A stretch of 64,000 nucleotides of DNA from an uncultured Ginsengibacter sp. (lineage in GTDB: Bacteria; Bacteroidota; Bacteroidia; Chitinophagales; Chitinophagaceae), in assembly GCA_964627765.1 (NCBI GenBank), contig CAZVKO010000067.1, forward strand, positions 21,649-85,648, in the 5' to 3' direction. How positions within the stretch are numbered: position 1 is the first letter of the stretch; every line of letters starts with the position of its first letter. Positions 30,965 to 38,663 of this stretch are shown here, one piece after another. Both the position numbers and the translations under genes were made by a program. The notes below the pieces were generated by a model. The model ran no database searches and was not told where the DNA came from. It saw nothing but the letters and a program-made list of their open reading frames with translations.

Positions 30965-30984
30965 AGTTCGTATCCCTACGAACT
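30965..30984. repeat. 8-bp-stem inverted repeat AGTTCGTA-tccc-TACGAACT
   Basis: Read directly from the sequence. It shares the GTTCGT...ACGAAC core with the two hairpins at 31043-31095. Confidence 0.8.
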
Positions 30985-31040
30985 TATCCATTGTTTTCAT
31001 GTTCATTTCATTATTCTCATTTCACATTCTCTTCCATCTT

Positions 31041-31106
31041 TTGGTTCGTGCAGACACGAACCATGGCGGTTTTTTGGTTCGTGCAGACACGAACCATGGC
31101 GGTTGT
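31041..31106. repeat. tandem 33-bp direct repeat (2 copies), each containing the hairpin GGTTCGTG-caga-CACGAACC
   Basis: Copy 1 (31041-31073) and copy 2 (31074-31106) differ only in the last 2 nt. The hairpins lie at 31043-31062 and 31076-31095. Confidence 0.9.
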
Positions 31107-31203
31107 TCACAAGTCACAACAAACGGATCACTTTACCAGTCCGGATATTGGCTTATCAGCTTGTATGACCCATGCACATAATGCAGGCTGAGGCTGCGTT
31201 CGA

Positions 31204-31223
31204 TTAATGCTTTAAAGCATTAA
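31204..31223. promoter_or_regulatory. perfect 20-bp palindrome TTAATGCTTT|AAAGCATTAA
   Basis: Read directly from the sequence. It lies in the divergent intergenic region about 95 bp upstream of the arsR-family ATG. Confidence 0.4.
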
Positions 31224-31266
31224 GCCGGGAAAGATTTCTCTTTTTTAAAAAAAAATTTGCGAAGCT

Positions 31267-31296
31267 GATTGGTTGCGCTTATATTTGCAACCGATC
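31267..31296. promoter_or_regulatory. imperfect inverted repeat GATTGGTTGC-N10-GCAACCGATC, candidate ArsR/SmtB autoregulatory operator
   Basis: 9 of 10 positions are complementary. It lies 22-51 nt upstream of the ATG at 31318. Confidence 0.4.
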
Positions 31297-31317
31297 GGCT
31301 TCTTATTTTTACTATCT

Positions 31318-31638
31318 ATGCGACGCGACATTTTTCAAGCTATTGCAGACCCTACCCGGCGGGCGATCCTCGTCCTGATTGCCGTACAGGCGATGACTCC
31401 CAGCGCCATTGCGGAGCACTTCAGCATTACCCGCCAGTCCATATCCAAACATTTGCGCATTCTGTCCGAATGCGAGCTTCTTGTCCAAAAGCAAGAAGGC
31501 AGGGAAATCTATTACTCGCTTGAAATTGAAAAAATGAAAGAAATAGATAAATGGTTGGAGCAATACCGAAAGATTTGGGAAACCCGGTTCAATCAATTGG
31601 ACAACGTACTATCAACAATAAAAAAACAAAAAAAATGA
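31318..31638 (+). CDS. ArsR/SmtB family transcriptional regulator
   Basis: [21 protein letters not shown]...[21 protein letters not shown] (winged HTH). The track ORF begins at an upstream TTG (31273), but the ATG at 31318 fits the family N-terminus. Confidence 0.85.
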   Translation: MRRDIFQAIADPTRRAILVLIAVQAMTPSAIAEHFSITRQSISKHLRILSECELLVQKQEGREIYYSLEIEKMKEIDKWLEQYRKIWETRFNQLDNVLSTIKKQKK

Positions 31639-32135
31639 GTAACGATTTGCTATTTGATTTTACCGTTGACAAAGCGGCAAAAACAGTGTACATAAAAAGA
31701 GAATTTAATGCTGAACTTGCATTGGTGTGGGATGCTTTTACCAAGGCAGAACTGATTGATCAATGGATTGCACCTAAACCGATGATATCAAAAACAAAAT
31801 ACCAGGATTTTAAAGTTGGCGGCAAAAGGTTTTACGCAATGATAAGTCCCGACGGTATTGAGCGTTGGGCAATACAGGAATACACTTCCATTACGCCGAA
31901 AACAAACTTTAAAATGTATAACGCTTTTGCTGATAAAGATGAAAACCCTGAATTGCCGGGTTCTGAATGGGATCATACTTTCAGTGAACAAAACGGAAAA
32001 ACAAAAGTGAGTATTACTATTTACAATGAATCGCTTGAAAGGCTGGAAAGGATACTTGATGGCTTTACACAGGGAATGAAAATGTCGCTCAGCAACCTGG
32101 AAAATCTATTGGCATCCTTATCGAAACAACAGTAA
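31635..32135 (+). CDS. SRPBCC / AHSA1 (Aha1-like) domain protein
   Basis: The start overlaps the arsR stop within ATGA. ...[28 protein letters not shown]... is the typical AHSA1 N-terminal pattern. This domain is a frequent ArsR partner. Confidence 0.8.
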   Translation: MSNDLLFDFTVDKAAKTVYIKREFNAELALVWDAFTKAELIDQWIAPKPMISKTKYQDFKVGGKRFYAMISPDGIERWAIQEYTSITPKTNFKMYNAFADKDENPELPGSEWDHTFSEQNGKTKVSITIYNESLERLERILDGFTQGMKMSLSNLENLLASLSKQQ

Positions 32136-32161
32136 CAACTGTAATTACAAAATGAACTAAG

Positions 32162-32371
32162 ATGATTTATGTGTTTAAAACTTCTGTCAGGGATAAAAAA
32201 CATATCAGGCAGCTAAGCCCGTTTCTAAATAATTTATTGCAGCAGTCAAAATGGAATTTTGACCTTGCAGACTGTGACAAGATTTTGCGTATTGACAGTG
32301 ATGAAAATATCGTTTTGAAAATAATAGACTTGCTGAATATTCACAAATTTTACTGTGAAGAATTACAATAA
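32162..32371 (+). CDS. small hypothetical protein (69 aa)
   Basis: Compact ORF co-directional with the ArsR cluster. No motif recognised. Confidence 0.4.
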   Translation: MIYVFKTSVRDKKHIRQLSPFLNNLLQQSKWNFDLADCDKILRIDSDENIVLKIIDLLNIHKFYCEELQ

Positions 32372-32410
32372 AAAACATTAATAAATTAAACAATCTAAAG
32401 AATAAAAATC

Positions 32411-32833
32411 ATGGCAATTATTAATCCTCACATTAATTTCAACGGTAATGCAGAAGAAGCATTTACCTTTTACAAATCAGTATTTGGCGGAAAGTTCACT
32501 AAAATAATACGTTTCAAAGAACTTGGAAACCCTAATATATCAGAGAAAGAAGGAAATAAAATTATGCATATTGCTTTGCCTATTGGCAAAATTAATATGC
32601 TGATGGGAAATGATGTTCCGGAATTTATGGGAAGAACAAATGAAAATGAGAACAGAAGTAAAATTGCAATCACTGCAGAGAGCAAAGAAGAAGCAGACAA
32701 ATTATTCAATGGGCTTTCGGAAGGTGGACAAGTAGAAATGCCTATTGGCGATAGTCCATGGGGATCATATTTTGGCATGTTTCGGGACAAGTATGGGATT
32801 GAATGGATGGTGGACTTTACGCCCAAAATATAA
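32411..32833 (+). CDS. VOC (glyoxalase/PhnB-like) family protein
   Basis: INPHINFNGNAEEAFTFYKSVFGG...MHIALPIG...SPWGSYFGMFRDKYGIEWMV is typical of PhnB-like VOC proteins. Confidence 0.8.
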   Translation: MAIINPHINFNGNAEEAFTFYKSVFGGKFTKIIRFKELGNPNISEKEGNKIMHIALPIGKINMLMGNDVPEFMGRTNENENRSKIAITAESKEEADKLFNGLSEGGQVEMPIGDSPWGSYFGMFRDKYGIEWMVDFTPKI

Positions 32834-32971
32834 CGGGCAAAATTAACTGACTTCTTCTAAAGTTGTCTCGCAGGGTGTCTGCCGGGCTGCGTAGTCATTA
32901 GCACTAACTGTAGAAAACACATAAAATATATGTCGGTGTAAAGCTTTATCTTGTAATAAAATTCAGCGCAC

Positions 32972-33406
32972 ATGAAAAAGATCAGGTGGGATTTGATTGG
33001 TATTGCCGGGGGAGCGTCCGGGGTAATTTTCGGAGCTGCTTCCGTAATAAGAGCAGGGGGATCAGACAAATTTTTGATTGCAGCCGCCATGGTGGTGGTA
33101 TTTGGGGGCATGGGTTTTATATTGTATAAAATGCTCTGGGCTCCGAGATTTAATTTACAACGGCTCCAAAAAACGGGAATTACGGGCAAAGCAAAAATCA
33201 TTGAAGTTCATGAAACAAACATAGCCGTAAATAATAAACCAAAATTAAAGCTGCATTTACAGGTTCGGGGAACAGATGGCCGGAACTTTGCTACCAACTG
33301 CAACGTGATAGTATCAAAACTCAGGCCTGTTAATTACTTTCAGCCGGGCAGGGAAATCAATATAAAAATTGATCCGAAGAATGAAAAAAATGTAATTGTA
33401 GATTAA
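32972..33406 (+). CDS. membrane protein with two N-terminal TM helices and a beta-rich C-domain (DUF3592-like, tentative)
   Basis: Assigned from the hydrophobic N-terminus and the ORF length only. Confidence 0.5.
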   Translation: MKKIRWDLIGIAGGASGVIFGAASVIRAGGSDKFLIAAAMVVVFGGMGFILYKMLWAPRFNLQRLQKTGITGKAKIIEVHETNIAVNNKPKLKLHLQVRGTDGRNFATNCNVIVSKLRPVNYFQPGREINIKIDPKNEKNVIVD

Positions 33407-33428
33407 CAAAAATACCCCGCTTGAAGTA

Positions 33429-33785
33429 TTGTCATTCTTCATACTCATAAACGGCAACCTATATCAACCCTTACTGATAAACCGGCCCTGCATCCTGTGG
33501 TACATTCACAAAAAAGACATAGACAATATCATTGCTGAGATCAGTAATATACCGGCACTAAGAGATAAATTTATTGATGCCATATTCGAACGTACTTTCG
33601 ATTACATGAAACACTTTTTTTCATTTATAAAAGATACGCCGCGGCAACGCTATCTTAATCTCCTCGCACAAAGGCCACAGATCGTTCAGCGTATTCCACA
33701 ACATTATATCGCTTCTTACCTCGGAATCAGTACGGTGCACCTGAGCCGTATAAAAGGCAAACTGGCAAAGGGAAAAGCCCGGTGA
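33429..33785 (+). pseudogene. N-terminally truncated Crp/Fnr-family regulator remnant
   Basis: It retains the C-terminal HTH (RIPQHYIASYLGISTVHLSRIKGK) and the dimerisation helix. About 70-80 aa of the cNMP-binding barrel are missing. It has a TTG start only 22 bp after the upstream stop. Confidence 0.5.
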
Positions 33786-33850
33786 AAATTCGATAACAAA
33801 TGTTATTGCCGGGCCGGCAAGCTGTGGATAGTTTTGTTGATAATATAAAA

Positions 33851-34823
33851 ATGAGCGCAGCAGTATTATATCAAAAAGACGGAATACCACAATACACGGA
33901 AGATTTTCCCGAACCCGTTGTGCAAAACGATAATGAGCTTTTGATTTCTATGAAGGCATCGGCCATTAAGCATCTGGATAAATCACGGGCCAGTGGTAAG
34001 CATTATTCGGCGCCGGAAAATATTGCATCAGCAAAAGTGCCTGGCGGAGATGGTGTAGGGCTGCTGGAAGACGGTACCAGAGTTTTTGCTTTGGGCGTGA
34101 GCGGGATGATGGCAGAAAAAGCTGTTGCAGAAAAAAATACTATAATAAAGTTGCCTGACGGACTCGACGACATTACCGCAGCGGCATTACCCAGTGCAGT
34201 AGCCGGCTCTGCTGCAGCACTTCGGTTCAGGGGGCAATAAAACCGGGCGAAACAGTTTTGATAAACGGCGCTACAGGATTTACCGGCAAGACAGCTGTTC
34301 AAATAGCTAAATATTATGAAGCAAAAAGAATCATTGCCACCGGCAGAAATGAGAAATCATTGCAAACACTGCTCACACTGGGCGCTGACGAAGTAGTGTC
34401 TCTGATGCAAAATGATGAAAATTTTACCGAGCAGTTAAAAGCCATATATGATAATACACCCGTAGATCTGGTTATTGATTACCTGTGGGGGCATACTGCC
34501 GAACTCATCCTCAGCTCAATGAAAGGCAGAGGTTCATTTACCCATAAAGTACGGTTCGTTTCAACCGGCGCATAGCCGGCGACATCATTCAACTATCAGC
34601 AGAAATTCTGAGAAGTATTGATATACAGCTTTCCGGTTCAGGACTGGGTAGCTGGACAAAAGATGAAATGCAACAATTGTTTTGTGAAATAATTCCTGAA
34701 ACATTTCAATGTGCTGCTGTACAAAAACTGAAAGTGGATACCGTAACTATTAATTTAAGAGATATTGGAAAACTATGGAATATGCCGATGCCGGAAGGAA
34801 AAAGATTAGTAGTAATAATTTGA
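33851..34823 (+). pseudogene. MDR-family zinc-type/quinone oxidoreductase disrupted by two frameshifts
   Basis: Three collinear pieces lie in three different frames. Piece 1 is MSAAVLYQKDG...AALRFRGQ*. Piece 2 is (A)IKPGETVLINGATGFTGKTAVQIAKY...VSTGA*. Piece 3 is IAGDIIQLSAEILRS...KRLVVII*. The breaks are at the G5 run 34230-34234 and near 34565-34575. Confidence 0.75.
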
Positions 34824-34947
34824 TTGTAAAATTAAGGTTGGCATCCAACCTTGTTTACCGCCTGCAATACCTTCTATTGATCGTACAAATAATCTTTGGT
34901 AAATAGCCGCTCTCCTTCCCATAAATTTGTTATAACCACAAATTGCC

Positions 34948-35502
34948 TTGATTTCAAATGAACAAAAGCAGGTGCGAAAAATACAAAGTACCGTAGCGGT
35001 TTACAATATGATTCCAAACTTGCTCTGGACAATACTTTTTGTGACACCGGCAGTCATATTTTGTTATATCGCGATTGCAACAAAAATATTAATCTTTCTT
35101 CTGATATTGAGTTTTATTCCCGTATTCTTTCCCAACTCATTCTTCAACACGATACAACTAAGCAAAAAGGCTGAACTTTACAAAAAACCGGGCGTTAAGT
35201 TTATCAACAAATTCTCCCAAAACGGGATGATTCTTAATAACTACATCCGGAAAAAGTATCCGCGCTTTAAAGTAATTACCACTAACAAATCATCTCTCAG
35301 GAGACAATACTTCCAAACCTATATGTTTGAGAGGTTTCATTTTTCTGCATTTCTCTTTTACACAATCATAACCGTGTATGCGGGCATTTATGGAAATGTG
35401 TATTGGATAGTTATCCTGATAGTATCAAATCTTTTTTACAATATTTATCCCAACCTGTTGCAGCAGTATATCAGGATAAAATTGAAATCAATATTCAAAT
35501 AA
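34948..35502 (+). CDS. hypothetical polytopic membrane protein (C-terminal NIYPNLLQQYIRIKL is reminiscent of CrtO-like acyltransferases)
   Basis: 184 aa with about 4 TM segments. The start is uncertain (a TTG in the track). The family hint is weak. Confidence 0.45.
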   Translation: MISNEQKQVRKIQSTVAVYNMIPNLLWTILFVTPAVIFCYIAIATKILIFLLILSFIPVFFPNSFFNTIQLSKKAELYKKPGVKFINKFSQNGMILNNYIRKKYPRFKVITTNKSSLRRQYFQTYMFERFHFSAFLFYTIITVYAGIYGNVYWIVILIVSNLFYNIYPNLLQQYIRIKLKSIFK

Positions 35503-35653
35503 CCATACAATAAAACCGGTTGCCCGGGTTAATCATCATTATTGCATGTTCTTTACACTTGTAAAACCGTGGGACTAAAAAGTTATCGAAGATTTAATAT
35601 TAAAGCCCGTCCTGCTTTATAAACGAATTTGGATTACTTGTAGCTTCGCTTTC

Positions 35654-37036
35654 ATGAGATCGTGTAAGTTTTTAAAAAGCTATTTACTCATTCCTCTTTA
35701 CTTTTTCGTTGCGCCGGCATTCGGTCAGCAGCCCTCATTTTACGGTTCAAAAAACCCTTATCATTATTCCGGCCATGATACAATACAACCCCCGGCAGGG
35801 TATCATGCATTCTTCATCAATTATGCAGGCAGGCATGGAGCCAGGCACCTGACAAATCTGAAAGAAATTTCTTTATTGGATGAATTCATGACGTATGCCG
35901 GCGACTCAGGCGGCCTCACCGGAGAAGGAAGAAAGCTGCAGCACATGATCCATATCTTGCTTGAAGTGGAAAAAAAATATACGCCCGGAACATTGAGCAT
36001 GCTGGGCAGTGAAGAGCAGTCCGGGCTTGGTAAACGAATGGCCAAACGATACCCGATGATTATTTCAAATGCAAACAGTTGTATTACTATTGTCTCCACA
36101 AAAGAAAAGAGAACCGTTCAAAGTGCAGAAAGTTTCATGAACGGCCTGTTGTCAGGATATAAAGATAAATATCGCTGCATTCATAAAATGCCGGCTGATA
36201 GTATTCACCTTCGCTTTTTTTCATTGTCACCTGCCTATAAAGACTTTCTGAAAAACGGGAACTGGAAGGATAAGGCGAAAGAACTCGATACTGCGGCAAC
36301 TTCAAAAATGGTAAATAAAGACATCATCGAAAGATTTTTTTCAACGGCTTTCATCAATAAACAGCAATCAGAAAAATTTGATAAGATCAGTAATGCGAAA
36401 AATTTTTCTGCTGCATTATATGCCGCGGGTGCTATTGTTCCGGGCATTATAAAAGAAATAGAAAATTTCGGTTATAAAATGAGTGATGTAAATATATTTT
36501 CTCTTCTTACAAAAAGTGAACTGCAAAATCTTTCCCTGGTGGATGGCGCCAAAGACTTTTTGGTAAAAGGCCCTGGTACCAATGCTGACGGGATACAGGT
36601 GCGGAATGCATTACCATTGCTGGCCGATTTTATAAAAACTTCCGACAATGCTGTACAAAATCATGAAAGTGGCGCCTGGCTTCGGTTTGCCCATGCAGAA
36701 ACCATCGCTCCCCTGGCAACATTTATGGAACTTAGCGGAGCCGCTGAAGCAGATACCAGCATTTTTAATTACAATCAGGTTTGGAATGTCAGCAATATCA
36801 TGGGCTACAGCAGAAACATACAATGGATATTTTATAAAAAAACAAATTCTAACAGGGATGACGATATCCGGTTAAAAATTCTCCTTAATGAAATACCGGT
36901 TCATATTCCGGTAGCCACTACCGAATTTCCCTATTACAACTGGTCCGAGGTGAGGAGGTTTTATATCACCAAAATAAAAGATCACGGAGTTAATCTGACC
37001 GACAACATGTATCAATATCTGCTCGGCTTAAATTAA
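35654..37036 (+). CDS. histidine phosphatase superfamily (branch 2, acid phosphatase/phytase-like), secreted
   Basis: Signal peptide, the YAGRHGARHLT motif (RHGxRx), and a later FAHAETI motif. Confidence 0.78.
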   Translation: MRSCKFLKSYLLIPLYFFVAPAFGQQPSFYGSKNPYHYSGHDTIQPPAGYHAFFINYAGRHGARHLTNLKEISLLDEFMTYAGDSGGLTGEGRKLQHMIHILLEVEKKYTPGTLSMLGSEEQSGLGKRMAKRYPMIISNANSCITIVSTKEKRTVQSAESFMNGLLSGYKDKYRCIHKMPADSIHLRFFSLSPAYKDFLKNGNWKDKAKELDTAATSKMVNKDIIERFFSTAFINKQQSEKFDKISNAKNFSAALYAAGAIVPGIIKEIENFGYKMSDVNIFSLLTKSELQNLSLVDGAKDFLVKGPGTNADGIQVRNALPLLADFIKTSDNAVQNHESGAWLRFAHAETIAPLATFMELSGAAEADTSIFNYNQVWNVSNIMGYSRNIQWIFYKKTNSNRDDDIRLKILLNEIPVHIPVATTEFPYYNWSEVRRFYITKIKDHGVNLTDNMYQYLLGLN

Positions 37037-37211
37037 TGTGGGTTCGGAATAAGGAATTAAGTATCTTTTATAAGTTATTATTTGAACCATACCTGCCTAC
37101 CGGACAGGCAAAACATATAAGGTATAAAAGAACTAAAACTTACTTAACTATGTTTTATATACTTTGTTGATTTTATAAATCAGCCTTCTTATCCCGAACT
37201 CACGTTAAATT

Positions 37212-37241
37212 AAAAAGGCTGAATGTTCGTTCAGCCTTTTT
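37212..37241. terminator. bidirectional rho-independent terminator between convergent genes
   Basis: AAAAAGGCTGAA-tgttcg-TTCAGCCTTTTT, with an A-run upstream and a T-run downstream. Confidence 0.7.
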
Positions 37242-37262
37242 AATATTGTTTCCTTTCTTTGA

Positions 37263-38642
37263 TTAGTGTTGATTGCCTTTCCCGTTAGACTGGTATGCTC
37301 CTATATCTGCGCCGGGCGCGGTTATTTCGGTTGCGCCAAAATCCGGATCAACAGGTACCACACTCTGGGCCGAAAAATTCGTATATCCTTTGCCGATAGC
37401 AGGTGATGAGGTACCAAGATGAAAATCCAGGCCACTTGCATAATCATATTGCTGGTATTGATAATTCGGCAAGGTGAAATTTTTAAATTGTGGATTCCCC
37501 ACACTCACCACAGGTGTACCATCATAGGCGTCACCATACGCATAGTTTTGCGGTAAATAGGAAGATGGTGCCGGGATGTCAGTGGATTGGGGATGTGTTG
37601 CATCTCCAACAGAGTAAAACTGGTTGGCCACATCTAACGAGTCTCCGTAAAAGTAAGAATTGCCGTAATTGCTATTGGTAGTATCGGCAGTATTCACAAT
37701 ACGCAAACCGACGCGGCAGTTTACAATAAGGTTGTTATAAATAAGCGCCTTTGCCCCTTTTTCCAGGTTGATCGATCCGCCATGACCTGGATAATCTTCC
37801 TGCCTGTATCCGCAATCTATATAAGTATTGTTATAACAGTTTACGTTACATTGAATAGGAGTAGCTCCCGCGTTGGATATTTTGGTTCCGTTAGTGGCAC
37901 CTCCGATAAATACATTATATGCAATGTCACCAACAGTACCGCTTTTTACATTCAATGATTCGCCGGTATTACTTCCTGTCTTCTCAAATGTATTTCTCAT
38001 TACACTGATTTTACCATCTGTTACCCTGATGGCATCATCGGTAGAACCATAAATCCAGCTATCTTCCATAACGAATACACCGTTGGGATTCTGGAAGAAA
38101 ATTTCAAACGATGCAGTATTGGCGGTAAGGCCTGAAACGGGTGCAGTAACAAATGTGGCTCCTGCAAATTCAAGATGTGTCCACTTCATCACAAAAAGCG
38201 AACAGGTGGTATCGCAATTGATTCCGTACCATTGTCCCTGGAATGCAGGATCATTTGCCAATTGGTCTGAAATGGATGAAAAAGGCCGGTCTTGTTTTGT
38301 AGCAGTGGTCGTAATCCAGTTAGGCTCCGCCTGCGTACCAAGTGACAGGAAGGTGCCCTTAACAGTAATGCCATACTTCCCGGCTACCTTTACTGTTACG
38401 CCTGGTTGCAAAAGCAAAGTATCGCCCGCATTAACTGTTACATCACCGCCAATCGTGTAGGTTTGACCCGAAAGCATGGTGCCCTTGATGGAACCGGAAA
38501 GAGGTGATGAAGAACTAACGGGCTGGCCTACCTGAAAAGGCGGAGTCGATGTTTGAACCTGATCGTCTGATTTTTTACATGAACTGATCACGAATAACAA
38601 TAGTATAATTGCTACAGGAAATCTTTTGAATTTAATTTTCAT
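37263..38642 (-). CDS. lipoprotein with a right-handed parallel beta-helix (pectin-lyase-fold) domain
   Basis: Lipobox ...FVISSC-KKSDD. Repeats are Asn/Gly/Val-rich (NVFIGGATNGT..., YNNLIVNCRVGLRI). It lies 21 bp downstream of the TonB receptor gene. Confidence 0.72.
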   Translation of the reverse strand: MKIKFKRFPVAIILLLFVISSCKKSDDQVQTSTPPFQVGQPVSSSSPLSGSIKGTMLSGQTYTIGGDVTVNAGDTLLLQPGVTVKVAGKYGITVKGTFLSLGTQAEPNWITTTATKQDRPFSSISDQLANDPAFQGQWYGINCDTTCSLFVMKWTHLEFAGATFVTAPVSGLTANTASFEIFFQNPNGVFVMEDSWIYGSTDDAIRVTDGKISVMRNTFEKTGSNTGESLNVKSGTVGDIAYNVFIGGATNGTKISNAGATPIQCNVNCYNNTYIDCGYRQEDYPGHGGSINLEKGAKALIYNNLIVNCRVGLRIVNTADTTNSNYGNSYFYGDSLDVANQFYSVGDATHPQSTDIPAPSSYLPQNYAYGDAYDGTPVVSVGNPQFKNFTLPNYQYQQYDYASGLDFHLGTSSPAIGKGYTNFSAQSVVPVDPDFGATEITAPGADIGAYQSNGKGNQH

Positions 38643-38663
38643 AGTTTATTATTTTATTTAGTT

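Noticed and set aside
31041-31106. Possible CRISPR array (also considered for the 22-bp tandem at 41461-41504)
   Set aside because: Each has only two directly abutting copies, with no spacers and no leader. There are no cas genes anywhere in the window.
30770-31110. Known SAM, SAH or T-box riboswitch upstream of the Cys/Met PLP enzyme
   Set aside because: I could not find the conserved SAM-I core, the SAM-II pseudoknot signature or a T-box sequence by eye. Only the terminator-like hairpin is reported. An Infernal scan is needed to settle this.
30887-31191. Three overlapping plus-strand ORFs (93, 66 and 60 aa) in the ORF track
   Set aside because: They span the tandem 33-bp hairpin repeat. 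The repeated peptide FGSCRHEPWR arises directly from that DNA repeat. All three frames are open at once and none has a protein-like motif. I treat the region as non-coding structure.
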